Source: Trichormus sp. ATA11-4-KO1
Lineage (GTDB): Bacteria > Cyanobacteriota > Cyanobacteriia > Cyanobacteriales > Nostocaceae
Reading direction: 5' to 3'
Length of the DNA: 42,450 nt
Assembly: GCA_019358915.1 (NCBI GenBank)
Contig: JAHHIM010000039.1
Span: forward strand, 1-42,450
The notes under the pieces are model-generated. The model worked only from the letters and a program-made list of their open reading frames with translations, had not been told where the DNA came from and searched no databases. A program made the translations under genes and the position numbers. Of this stretch, positions 8,571 to 18,561 are shown in pieces; within the stretch, counting starts at the first letter, position 1, and every line of letters starts with the position of its first letter.

Positions 8571-10083
8571 AGGTTTTCGCAGTCTGTTAGCTTATTTAGA
8601 ATCAAGCTCAGACGCTAAACTAATTGGCGGTAACATGAGTGGCAGAAATGCCAGAGAATTAACCAAAGAATTTCGCCTATCTCGACAACTAAATCCAGAT
8701 GCCGAACGTGTTGTTTACCATGTCTCCCTATCAGCAGCCAAGGGCGATAAATTAGATGATGAAAAGTGGAGTGAAATAGGCTCACGCTACATGAAAGAAA
8801 TGGGCTTTGATGCCAATCAATTTGTCATCTTCCGCCACCACAACACCGATGATGACCACATCCACATTGCCGCCAGTAGAATCAGGATGGACACAGGTAA
8901 ACTTGTCCATGATTCCTGGGATTATGTACGCTCTGAAAAAGTCCTGCGACAAATCGAAATTGATTATGATTTAGTCCAAGTCCAGGGCAGTAAAGAGAAA
9001 CTAACTCGCACACCCAGCACCGGACAAATTAGACGCATTAGACGAGAACAAGAAGAGTTTGAACAGGGACAACGTGACTCTCCTCCACAACGCACCATCA
9101 AGGAGGAAATTCAATTTTTAATTAACTATGCGTCTTTTGACCATCCCCAAATGCCTGATTTTATCATGATTTTACAGTCAGCAGGCATTAATGTAAGGAC
9201 AGGATTTACCAGAAATGGTAAGTCTAAAGGAATTTCTTATGAAAAAGATGGACAAGCATTTAGTGGCACACAATTAGGTGCAGCTTATACCTTCCCTGGA
9301 CTGCAAAAACATAAAGGCATTGATTATCAACCACAACGCGACGACCAACGCATTCAGCAACTACTGTTAAATCCAGTTAAATCTTTACCTATTGACCCAC
9401 CACAGCCAGCCCTTGAAATTGAACAGCCAGAAACTAAACCTCAGTTTACGCCCCCAATAGAAGATGAAAGCCTATGGTCTACATTAAAAAATTACCTGAC
9501 TGAAAAACGTGGCATCTCACCTGTATTTGTGGAAGCATTACATCTTGAGGGGTTGACTTATGTAGACCAGCAGCGAGCTGTTGTGTTTATCAAACATGAT
9601 TTAGATGGTGAAAAGTCAGGCGCACTGATATGGCATACCCGTAGCCAAGATAATCTCACTGTTGAGTATGAAAAAACCACCAAACCCTCACCGGGTTGGT
9701 TTCATATTAGTTTGAGTAGAGAACCAGAGGAAGAAATCAAGAGAGTATTCTTGTGTGATACCCCCATTGATGCCCTGTCAGTAGCAGAGATGGACATGAT
9801 ATCACATAAAGGTTTGCCACCAGTGAGAACAATGTATATGGTGGTGGATGATCCAAATAACTTGCCAGTAGAATTTTTCAAAAATGTCAGCAGAATTGGT
9901 TTGGCTTTTAATAACAATGCTCAGGGTCATGAAACCGCCCAAGTTGTTCAGAAAATGCTGCCTGTGGCTGAAAGAATTGCACCTGAAGGACTGACGTGGA
10001 ATCAGATGATTTTGGAACGGCGACGGCTGAAGCAGTTGGAATTGCAACGGCAAAGACAGCAAGAGAATGAACTTAGTTTGTGA
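8545..10083 (+). CDS. MOBP-family relaxase fused to a DUF3991/Toprim-like C-terminal region
   Basis: MIGKQTKGRGF..LLAYL, YHVSLS, HHNTDDDHIHI 3H motif; C-terminal YLTEKRGIS and FLCDTPIDALS. ATG 8545 preferred over TTG 8491. Confidence 0.9.
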   Translation: MIGKQTKGRGFRSLLAYLESSSDAKLIGGNMSGRNARELTKEFRLSRQLNPDAERVVYHVSLSAAKGDKLDDEKWSEIGSRYMKEMGFDANQFVIFRHHNTDDDHIHIAASRIRMDTGKLVHDSWDYVRSEKVLRQIEIDYDLVQVQGSKEKLTRTPSTGQIRRIRREQEEFEQGQRDSPPQRTIKEEIQFLINYASFDHPQMPDFIMILQSAGINVRTGFTRNGKSKGISYEKDGQAFSGTQLGAAYTFPGLQKHKGIDYQPQRDDQRIQQLLLNPVKSLPIDPPQPALEIEQPETKPQFTPPIEDESLWSTLKNYLTEKRGISPVFVEALHLEGLTYVDQQRAVVFIKHDLDGEKSGALIWHTRSQDNLTVEYEKTTKPSPGWFHISLSREPEEEIKRVFLCDTPIDALSVAEMDMISHKGLPPVRTMYMVVDDPNNLPVEFFKNVSRIGLAFNNNAQGHETAQVVQKMLPVAERIAPEGLTWNQMILERRRLKQLELQRQRQQENELSL

Positions 10084-10128
10084 TCTTAAAGTGCAGACCA
10101 AACTCGTTGTTGTGATTTCCTACCGTGG

Positions 10129-10160
10129 GCGATTGCCTCCGGCGGGGCGTAGCCCATCGC
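10129..10160. repeat. Cyanobacterial small dispersed repeat-like insertion within a HIP1 site
   Basis: GCG-GGGCGTAGCCC-ATCGC: HIP1 split by a mini-hairpin, preceded by GCGATTGCCTCC. Confidence 0.5.
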
Positions 10161-10563
10161 TCGATTGTTTGATGAAGTGGTGGCTCAAAAAACTGTCCAA
10201 AATTTTTTTCGTACTGTGCGTAGTCAACGATTTTTAAAAATGTCACAAATTAGCCACCCAAATAACATAGAGCTACCATAAGTTCATCATAAAAGCATCA
10301 CAAAATTCTTCTAGGAACTGCTGAGAACTACTTCTAATTTCCACAGAAATGCCACAGCTTTTGTTGTTTTTATCTGAGAATTAACACAGAAATTACACAA
10401 AAGTTGTCAGAGTGTACTGATGTGTTTTATTACCTAAATTTTCCCTACTTAAACCTGTCAATATCGTGCAGCTAATTGGTAGTTAATATTGTTTTGTGTC
10501 CATCGTGGTTGTGACTGAGGTTGGGTAGCACCAAAACATAACAAGCAGATGATGAAAGCTAAA

Positions 10564-11886
10564 CTAGAGTGTAATTTCTTCACGGACATCAGACATTCCC
10601 CAAAAACTCAGCGCCCACCAAACTATGTGCGTAAATTGAGCGCACTCAAACCAAGTAAAAGTAAATACAAGATAGGTAATAGCTACTGTTTCAATGCCCC
10701 GGTAAGGAGACTTGATAACCAGCCACAGAGATAATCCCCACAGTGCCAAATAAAAGATTAGTCCCAAAATACCTACGGATAAAGTTGTATCTAAAATCAA
10801 ATTGTGTGCTTTGGCTGTGATTAACGCTTGTGTGCCACGTTGTCCGTCAAAGTGTTTGTAGTCGAAAGTAAATTCCCCCAACCGCGTAATCTCCACCCAT
10901 TTGGAATTGATAACATGAGGATAAGCAGTACCAAAACCATTCATACCCCATCCCAGTAAGGGACGTTTACTAATGCCACGCTGTGATACTTCCCATAGAT
11001 GCACTCGGTCTGAAGTCAGTTGTTTGAGAAACTGGGTATTGCTATCAAAGTTGAATTGATTGAGTGCTTCCAGATGGCGAGTAGTTGAAACTGCACCGAT
11101 GAACAACAAACCTACCAACACGGTGCAGAACATCAAAGAGCGTACTTGCTTGCTCAGACCTGATTGGCACAGCCAGTAAACTCCCGCCACTAAAAAAGCT
11201 AATATCCCCGCCCTAGTCTGAGTGAGCAGCAGTGCAGGGATAATCAGAACACTAGCCATAACAGCATCACGATTAGAGATCCACTGCCAACGCCAGCCGA
11301 CCAACGTGATAACTTCCACTGCTGCTAGGACAAATGACGCATGACCGCGATGGGAGTACAAGCCGATTGGTTGCTGATTTTGGAAGATGGTACTGGCTAG
11401 AATGTTATCTGTGAGTAGTTGCCCGTTGGTGGCAGTATAGTCGATACGCCAGTTAAGAGCTTGGGGAAAGATGCTAATTGCCAGGATGACACCGCCAATT
11501 ACTAAACCAATAAGTTGAGAACGGGCTAGTTCTGGGTGCAGTCTGAGTAGTAGGCTGTTGCTAAGTGTAAAGAAGGCGATGAGCAACCAGTAGAGTAAGC
11601 CATCGCCCATTTGTTCTTGACCGAGTAGGGAACGCCAGGGAAAGGGACTAGCGATAGTTGCAATTAACCCCATTCCCAAAAATACTTCCCATAGCAACCT
11701 ATTTATTTTCCAACTTTTGGGCAGCTTGAGGCTTTCTCTGTTTTCCCAGAGGATTAAGAAGTTGAGTATGCAGATAAGGCTAATGGCAAATACTTTTGGT
11801 TGAGTCCAGATTTCCCCGCGCATTGCACCGATGGGGTTGATGAGAATGATGCTGAGGGAAAATAGCAGGGTGTAGATCAGATTCAC
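10564..11886 (-). CDS. O-antigen ligase (Wzy_C)-family membrane protein / O-oligosaccharyltransferase
   Basis: Many hydrophobic helices; motifs TQTRAG, R..LW, RPLLGWG..GF, AHNLILD. Confidence 0.85.
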   Translation of the reverse strand: MNLIYTLLFSLSIILINPIGAMRGEIWTQPKVFAISLICILNFLILWENRESLKLPKSWKINRLLWEVFLGMGLIATIASPFPWRSLLGQEQMGDGLLYWLLIAFFTLSNSLLLRLHPELARSQLIGLVIGGVILAISIFPQALNWRIDYTATNGQLLTDNILASTIFQNQQPIGLYSHRGHASFVLAAVEVITLVGWRWQWISNRDAVMASVLIIPALLLTQTRAGILAFLVAGVYWLCQSGLSKQVRSLMFCTVLVGLLFIGAVSTTRHLEALNQFNFDSNTQFLKQLTSDRVHLWEVSQRGISKRPLLGWGMNGFGTAYPHVINSKWVEITRLGEFTFDYKHFDGQRGTQALITAKAHNLILDTTLSVGILGLIFYLALWGLSLWLVIKSPYRGIETVAITYLVFTFTWFECAQFTHIVWWALSFWGMSDVREEITL

Positions 11887-11888
11887 GG

Positions 11889-13625
11889 TTATCTTTCAAA
11901 GCGAATTTTCATCGCTTTTATTATTCCCCACGCGCCTAGTGCTAATAGTCCTAATGCAGATGTTGATTCAGGAGTAGACTGAGGAGAGGTTTCTTGAGAA
12001 ATTGGGCGCATTTTGAAACTGCCAATACGGTCATTAAACGCGAGTTGAATGGGGAATGCAGTTTCTGCGGTTGAACCAAACAATGAATCGATATCAGTAA
12101 TTTTAAAGTGAGAAATGCCGGAACCAAATAAGGAAACAAAGTCTACGTTTTGTCCAGGGCCAAACTCGCCCAGTATTCTATCTCCGACTGAGACGGTAAA
12201 TCTATCGTCGTCACCAATGGGGAAATCTAGAATTTCTGTAAAGAGTGTATCGTCAAGTGCTTGGAATTCAAAGCCATAGGTTGTGTGCGGGTCGTACCAA
12301 CGACAACCAGGAACGTTGCTGAAGATTTGCCAGTTTCCATCTGTTGAGGTGGGGAGGATGGGATTTTGTTGGGTTGTACCTGGACGTTCAGTTCCTACAC
12401 CACCGCCACCGCTGCCAGTACCAATGACATATGGGAAATCATTTTCATCTTCAAACACATTAACATTAAGCTCATATTTCCCTCCGTCCTTGCCACGAAT
12501 ATGAATTCCACCATCACCATATGCACCTACAGTTAAGTTGATGGTGCCATCACTAAAAACATTACCAGTTAAAGCAGAAGCAAAGCCATCTCCTACAGGA
12601 CTACTATCATTGTCATAACGCCATGTATCACTCCCATATCTTGTTTCCAAGTATGTATTTGGGTTGCATATATTTCCAGGTATATTGTTATTTATTTCCG
12701 CATAAAATTTTGCTCCTGGGGTAAGCCCAGACATATGGAATGTATTTGTTTCATCACTGGAGTAAAGACTACCAAAAAAAGTTTTCTCAAAGTTTTTGGG
12801 TGTATACGTATTTTCCCAACCCCATCTTACGCCGCTGTAAATTTCTACTTTCCTTTTCACTATTCCTGTTTGAATATCTGTAGTTCCTCCTGGAACCTCG
12901 TTAACTAAATAGGTTTCAGCATAGAAGTAGTGGTTTGTCTTGTTGTAGGGGTCTTGAACGTGTGGTAAGTCAATGAAAGTTGTTGAGTTTGTTCCAGAGC
13001 CAGGATAGGACTCATCAAAGTATGGAGTTGAAGCGCCTGGACGAATATCAAGTTTGTCTTTAGGAACTTGATCATCTATTACTCGGTAATTTTCGTCAAT
13101 GTCATAGTTAACAAGTATCCGTTGAATCCAGTGGACTGTATTACCGATAGGATCGCCTTCTCCAGGAATATAATTTAATTTGATAAAAGCTCCAACTGCG
13201 TTAGATACTCCTCTTCTGTCATTCTCACAAAGAAAGTCTGAACCGCAGGCGAAATAGTTTTCAACATTGAATATGCCTGCTAAGTTGCCTTTCGGCACAA
13301 ACTCCCAGAAGTTGCCAAATCTTTGATCTAACAAATTTAACAAACCAACAGTTCCACCTGGTCTTATTTCAACCACTTGTCCTTTGTTCAGTTCTCGCCG
13401 GGGGTCTGGGGGAAAGGGTTTTTCTGGACTAAAATCTGGCCATGCATCTAACTTTGTAACGCCCTGACGAAAGTCATAATATTCCTCGTATTTATAAGTT
13501 CTGTCGCTGTCCTTTATTGGTAGTGTTTGGTCTGGTATGATAGTGAATGCAACACTTGACTTACCAGTAATCGCAACTAGTACAGCTGTTGTTAATAAAC
13601 CTAAAAAGTACTTTTGTGACAACAT
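11889..13625 (-). CDS. Secreted PEP-CTERM-type surface protein
   Basis: N-terminal signal peptide; C-terminal TPESTSALGLLALGAWGIIKAMKIRFER sorting signal (PE, TM, basic tail). Confidence 0.8.
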   Translation of the reverse strand: MLSQKYFLGLLTTAVLVAITGKSSVAFTIIPDQTLPIKDSDRTYKYEEYYDFRQGVTKLDAWPDFSPEKPFPPDPRRELNKGQVVEIRPGGTVGLLNLLDQRFGNFWEFVPKGNLAGIFNVENYFACGSDFLCENDRRGVSNAVGAFIKLNYIPGEGDPIGNTVHWIQRILVNYDIDENYRVIDDQVPKDKLDIRPGASTPYFDESYPGSGTNSTTFIDLPHVQDPYNKTNHYFYAETYLVNEVPGGTTDIQTGIVKRKVEIYSGVRWGWENTYTPKNFEKTFFGSLYSSDETNTFHMSGLTPGAKFYAEINNNIPGNICNPNTYLETRYGSDTWRYDNDSSPVGDGFASALTGNVFSDGTINLTVGAYGDGGIHIRGKDGGKYELNVNVFEDENDFPYVIGTGSGGGGVGTERPGTTQQNPILPTSTDGNWQIFSNVPGCRWYDPHTTYGFEFQALDDTLFTEILDFPIGDDDRFTVSVGDRILGEFGPGQNVDFVSLFGSGISHFKITDIDSLFGSTAETAFPIQLAFNDRIGSFKMRPISQETSPQSTPESTSALGLLALGAWGIIKAMKIRFER

Positions 13626-13814
13626 TTTTTGTAAGTAATGTCAGTTCGGGTTAAGGACTCAAATTTGATCACTTGGACGAAATAATAAGGTTTTCACACT
13701 ATCAAAACTAACGACAGAATCAAGGTTTTAGGTTTTCCAAAGAAGACTGTCAAAAAAATAACAGTCTTTATTAATAATTAAGAAATAAATGACAATTATG
13801 AATGCAACATTACT

Positions 13815-14921
13815 TCAAGGTTGAACCAAGCAGAATTCCACAAAGGGTGTATGCACCATACCTCTCCAAAAATCTTCAAACACCCCTGTATTGAATGGAT
13901 GTGTTAGCGATCTGTATGTCAATCGAACTAGATAAGTACCCAACTCCAAACCATTAAACAACCAATAGCCATAACCCGTGCCATCAACTATCAGGTTCAA
14001 TAGCCCATTCCTTTGCCTTTCAACGTATGCACTAACAAAGAACGTCACACTTTTTCCAGGCTCAACCAAAAGATAATCAGATTCTCTAGCACCAACCCAG
14101 CCATGACTGCCACCGCCTAAATTCTGCCCTAAAATACAACCATCTGCTCCCATCAAAGCTGGAATCAAGGTGGTAAATGAGCAGAAGCGCTGAGAGATTG
14201 ATGTGTTATTTGTGATGCGAAGCTGAATCTGCACAGAGGAACTAGTATCGGATAGCTGAGAGAGTGAAATGTTCCATATTTGCTCTGGCACCACAGTTTC
14301 AAAGTAAATGCCATCTACTTCTACAGCATTGTTGTTAGATTCCACAGGGTTGATAAATCCAACATTCACAGATGTTGTGAGCAATGGCTTTACTAAAGAG
14401 CATTCGAGTTGAAGGTTGTCCCCAGTCGAGACATCTAAAACTGTAAACTCTCCATTAGGGCTATTGTAGATGAATCGAAGTTGATACATTCCCAATTGGA
14501 AAGCATCAAACAACCATGTATGGACAGGATTAGTAGAGATTTGAAAATGGGTACAGACATTCCATTGAAGTTGAAATAATTCATTGTGCCAAGAGAAATA
14601 AGCAACTAAATAACAAAGTAAAGTCTGTTGAGATGGAATAGCAATGCGGTCATATAGACTTGGAGCAATTTGACTGCTTATTTGTTTTTGTGGATGTAGT
14701 ACTTGCCCATCAACGGATAAAAGTTCTGGAGTCAGAATCTTATAAAAGAAAGGAAAATGTGTTGGTGTGTTGTTAGTGATGCTAGTAACAATTTGTAAAC
14801 AGGTTTTAGTATTTACTCTTTGATTGGGAATAGGCAATACTATAAGGTCTGGTTCCCAGACTGTTATCCAGATACCATTGGCTTCATAAGTGTTGCTGTC
14901 ATTTGCTTGAAAAGATGTCAT
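13815..14921 (-). CDS. Hypothetical protein made of two tandem homologous beta-rich domains
   Basis: E(A/V)(N/D)GI...PE/D...ITNNT...P.L...DG..L...LG.Y..R..Y occurs twice. Confidence 0.75.
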   Translation of the reverse strand: MTSFQANDSNTYEANGIWITVWEPDLIVLPIPNQRVNTKTCLQIVTSITNNTPTHFPFFYKILTPELLSVDGQVLHPQKQISSQIAPSLYDRIAIPSQQTLLCYLVAYFSWHNELFQLQWNVCTHFQISTNPVHTWLFDAFQLGMYQLRFIYNSPNGEFTVLDVSTGDNLQLECSLVKPLLTTSVNVGFINPVESNNNAVEVDGIYFETVVPEQIWNISLSQLSDTSSSVQIQLRITNNTSISQRFCSFTTLIPALMGADGCILGQNLGGGSHGWVGARESDYLLVEPGKSVTFFVSAYVERQRNGLLNLIVDGTGYGYWLFNGLELGTYLVRLTYRSLTHPFNTGVFEDFWRGMVHTPFVEFCLVQP

Positions 14922-15225
14922 ATTGGCTACTTTCTTTATTTTCAGGTTTTAGTGTGTCGTTCATAATGGCGGCACATAGCTTAATACTATCGTCCTGAAA
15001 AAGAGTGATGATTTGTTGCAGAATTTAGCACAGATTGTTCAAAAAATTTTTAGATTTTAGCTCTCTTTACTAAGGCAACAGCATTAATATTCTTTCAAAC
15101 ACAACACGTCATTTACTCTAATAATTTTACGTAATGCTCTTTCTGATAAGCTATCATCAAGTCTTTAATTTTCTTGGGTGATAGATACATAAATTTACCT
15201 TTGATAATCAGCAAAACTCTATTAT

Positions 15226-15406
15226 CGGGACTTAAATATTTTTGAGGCAGAAATGAGCTTCAAACCCATACAGGGCAATGGAAATACATCAAAGGCTCAA
15301 AAATGCTTGAAACCCAGATATAGCAAGAAACTAGTCAAAACGATGTCAAAGTCTTTCTGTGTATACATTTGAGTAGTTTTTATGGCTACTTTTTGACTAA
15401 GTCCCA
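15226..15406. mobile_element. Possible MITE/IS remnant
   Basis: GGGACTTA...TAAGTCCC inverted ends, TTAT on both flanks, non-coding interior. Confidence 0.35.
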
Positions 15407-15655
15407 TTATGTAGCTTTCAGCGCTATAGCCTGAAGGAATGAAACTATTAAGCTAAATGTATGCTTTTTTAAATATGCTGATAACCTTATATTTACTGGA
15501 TTATTAAAAATAAGTATTTACCGATTCTTCAACAAAATTTTATGAAGTTAATCCAAAGAAAAAGCTAATAAAAAAAGCTAATAAAAGCGGAAGTACAATC
15601 CTAAGCTGTACAGAAGGAGATATTGGGAGCAATACTGTCACTATTGGGATTAAAG

Positions 15656-18550
15656 TTACCGCATCTCTCCGAATTCCCTAATATAGTCTATCAACTCTCT
15701 GGTATGCCCCCCCTCAGAAATTCGCCCTAAATTCCCCACCAAGATAAACAATTCTCGCGCTCTGCTAACAGCAACATTGAGTAGATTAGGCCGCCGATTA
15801 ATAAACCAGAGACTATCAGTTGATTGACATTGGCGGGTTGAGAAAATTATCACTGACTTCTGACCACCTTGGAAAGTGTGAACTGTGCCAATGCTCTCCT
15901 TTGGAAAATCTGTCCAGCGAGATCGTAAACGTTGAATCAGCGCATCTACTTGACGGCGATAAGGTGAAATCACGCCAATTTCGCTCTCAGAGTCAGGAGA
16001 ATTTAAGCAATAACCCGCCCCTAATAACTCCTCAATCAACGCTTCTACTGCATCAACTTCTGCCCAATTAACGTTATTCTCCAGTTTCCCCTCCACATGA
16101 CAACCAATCAAATTAGTACCCAGTAGGGAATCCTTCGGTTCAGTCTTGATGATCATGCCGTAATTGCACAGGCTTGAGCAAAAATCAGCAATCACCGGAA
16201 CGCATCGGTAATGATATTTAAGGATAATGCCATTACCAATATCTTGAATTTGTCCTGATGCCCCAGCCGCTCGGTGATAAGCTGTGGTAGCTGTAGGACT
16301 GTAGCGGTCATAATCTACATCTGTAAGCCCCTGTGACAGAAAAGACTTGCTACGATATTCCTCTTTCTGCTGGTCACTCAAATTAATCACCGGCTCCAAT
16401 TGCAACGGGTCGCCCACAATCAAAGCCCGATTACACCGCACCAAAACCGGAAAAACTTGATACGGTGGAATCTGCCCCGCTTCATCAACAATTACTAGAT
16501 CAATGCAGCCACTATCGGGATAGGGTAACAAATTGCGGATAGAGTGCAAATTGCAAAGAAACACCGGAAATAACAGGCTGATATCCCGATAAATGTTTCT
16601 CCAATTTGAGCTAAACTGGCGGTAAGCTTCCCATTCCCCATTCAATAATGCAATGTAAGTCCTGATAGATGTTGTTACCTCATCTTTTCGCCGCCTAGCT
16701 TCCTGCTGTTGAAATTGCCAAGCCCATTCAAATAAATCTACTTGCAGCGAGTGTAATTCGCTGTAGAAACGGCTGTAAAAATCTTTGGTGGGATAAGCAG
16801 CCAGTCGGTTTTCAACTTGAGAACGGCGATTAATGAGGTTGGTGAGTTGTTCCTGTAATGACTCTAACTGCTGTTGTGTGCTGTCAAAACTATTCTGTTG
16901 CTGCTGCCAAGAAGATGCTTCTGCTAATAGCCCCTCAACACTTTGCGCTGCTGCGATGAGAGATTCAGTTGTTAGTGGCATTTCAAAGGGAAATGGAGTA
17001 GCCAGCGTCGCCAACACAGGCATTTCTATTTGTTTATGTAACCGTTTGAGGACATGACGAGGGCTGGTTTTGGTTATCGACTGCCACAATCGTCTAATCC
17101 TGTGCAAAATCTGGACAAACCAGTTGGCATTTCTACTAGATGCCAGCCAGTAACCTTTAGCCGATAAAGAACGCCTAGCACTGTCAAGATGGTATCCTAT
17201 CTGCTGGTAGGCTTCTACTGGAAACCTAGAATAGTCGCGTGAAGATTCTAATGGTGATGCCTGAATAAGAGAAGTCTTTATCGCCGATTCAAACCATCGT
17301 ATTTCTTGCCATAGCTCCTCTAATAATTGCTCATCAACCCTTTTCTGTTGAAGCTCATCTTCATCTTGTTTTTTATAAGATTCTATTTGTTGAACACCTG
17401 CTAACAACTGTTGCTTTAGTGACTCCCATTCATCGTAATTAAACGTTTCTTTGGCTAACCAATCGAGTGCAGCTTGCAAATTAGGTAATACTTGGCTTTC
17501 AACGAAATCCCTTGACCCTCCTGATAAGTAGAAACGGTCACAGGTCAAGTTACTGGCTAAAATTTTCTCAACGTTCTTTACAGCAAATTTGTTAGTGCTT
17601 GTTACCACAGTTAGGTTACTTCTATCTCGACCAGTTGACGCTAATTCCACGGCTCTCAGTACCACCTGCTGCGCTATCTTATGCAGTAACAGTGTCGTCT
17701 TGCCATTTCCCGGTGGGCCAATCACCGCAGTCAGAGGATTTGACTGGGAATGCTTCAGAGCAAGTGCTTGATAATCATCGGGAAGTGAATTAGGAAAACC
17801 ACCTAAAAATAACACTTCATGCTGAGGTTCTTTTGGTTGTCCAAATAGATATTCGTAAGCTGGATGTCCTGGTCTTGCCCACTGAAAGTAATTCTGGTCG
17901 CTGATTTTCTGAAAATCTTTTTTGAGGTTGTAATTAAAAGGAGCGTATTCAAAATCCAACAGATAGGGCAGAAGCTTCGACCGCACAGGAAAAGGCGGTA
18001 ATTCAATCAGTCCCATAAAATCCTGTAGTGTCTTAAAGGGACGATTGAAAGTAGTTTCGAGAAAAACTTTTAACCCTTCCCTTGTGACTAATTCCTCAGC
18101 CGCTTCTTCCTCCAACCCGTACCACTGCATCAAATTGGGAATAATAGGCTGAAACTCGTACTGGGTTAAATCCCATCCACTAGCACGATAATTGCCCTCA
18201 AAGATAGGAGAAATATCGATGGTAAACAACGGGCGAAATTGACGGCGATTCGTTTCAATTTCATAAATCTGCGGGAAAGCTACAGCAATTGATGGTAATT
18301 TTGGTTGTACTTCTTTCTTTGAGCTTTTGAATGGTTCCTTGAGTTCCTTAAATAAAGACTCATCAACCAATAATTTATCGCCTATTAGATTTACACCAGA
18401 CTCCCAGATATTTGGTTGTTCCAAATCGGCAGCTTCTACTTTGGCATTACTCAAATTTTCTACGTGGATGTAATCTAACCAAGCCTTGAGTAATTGTCGA
18501 ATCTGTAAATTCTCTGCCATCTCCGTTGATTCCCCTTGCTCACATAGCAA
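15656..18550 (-). CDS. SF1 (Upf1/DNA2-like, AAA_11/AAA_12) helicase
   Basis: GPPGNGKT, IVDEAGQ, VGDPLQLEP, YHYRC, ISPYRRQ, TVHTFQG, NVAVSRA; coiled-coil insertion. Start may be the ATG at 18520. Confidence 0.9.
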   Translation of the reverse strand: MLCEQGESTEMAENLQIRQLLKAWLDYIHVENLSNAKVEAADLEQPNIWESGVNLIGDKLLVDESLFKELKEPFKSSKKEVQPKLPSIAVAFPQIYEIETNRRQFRPLFTIDISPIFEGNYRASGWDLTQYEFQPIIPNLMQWYGLEEEAAEELVTREGLKVFLETTFNRPFKTLQDFMGLIELPPFPVRSKLLPYLLDFEYAPFNYNLKKDFQKISDQNYFQWARPGHPAYEYLFGQPKEPQHEVLFLGGFPNSLPDDYQALALKHSQSNPLTAVIGPPGNGKTTLLLHKIAQQVVLRAVELASTGRDRSNLTVVTSTNKFAVKNVEKILASNLTCDRFYLSGGSRDFVESQVLPNLQAALDWLAKETFNYDEWESLKQQLLAGVQQIESYKKQDEDELQQKRVDEQLLEELWQEIRWFESAIKTSLIQASPLESSRDYSRFPVEAYQQIGYHLDSARRSLSAKGYWLASSRNANWFVQILHRIRRLWQSITKTSPRHVLKRLHKQIEMPVLATLATPFPFEMPLTTESLIAAAQSVEGLLAEASSWQQQQNSFDSTQQQLESLQEQLTNLINRRSQVENRLAAYPTKDFYSRFYSELHSLQVDLFEWAWQFQQQEARRRKDEVTTSIRTYIALLNGEWEAYRQFSSNWRNIYRDISLLFPVFLCNLHSIRNLLPYPDSGCIDLVIVDEAGQIPPYQVFPVLVRCNRALIVGDPLQLEPVINLSDQQKEEYRSKSFLSQGLTDVDYDRYSPTATTAYHRAAGASGQIQDIGNGIILKYHYRCVPVIADFCSSLCNYGMIIKTEPKDSLLGTNLIGCHVEGKLENNVNWAEVDAVEALIEELLGAGYCLNSPDSESEIGVISPYRRQVDALIQRLRSRWTDFPKESIGTVHTFQGGQKSVIIFSTRQCQSTDSLWFINRRPNLLNVAVSRARELFILVGNLGRISEGGHTRELIDYIREFGEMR

Positions 18551-18561
18551 TTCGTACCAAA

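Noticed and set aside
13638..13770. IS-end-like sequence (ATGTCAGTTCGGGTTAAG) and small hairpin upstream of the PEP-CTERM gene
   Set aside because: No partner end or target duplication could be identified.
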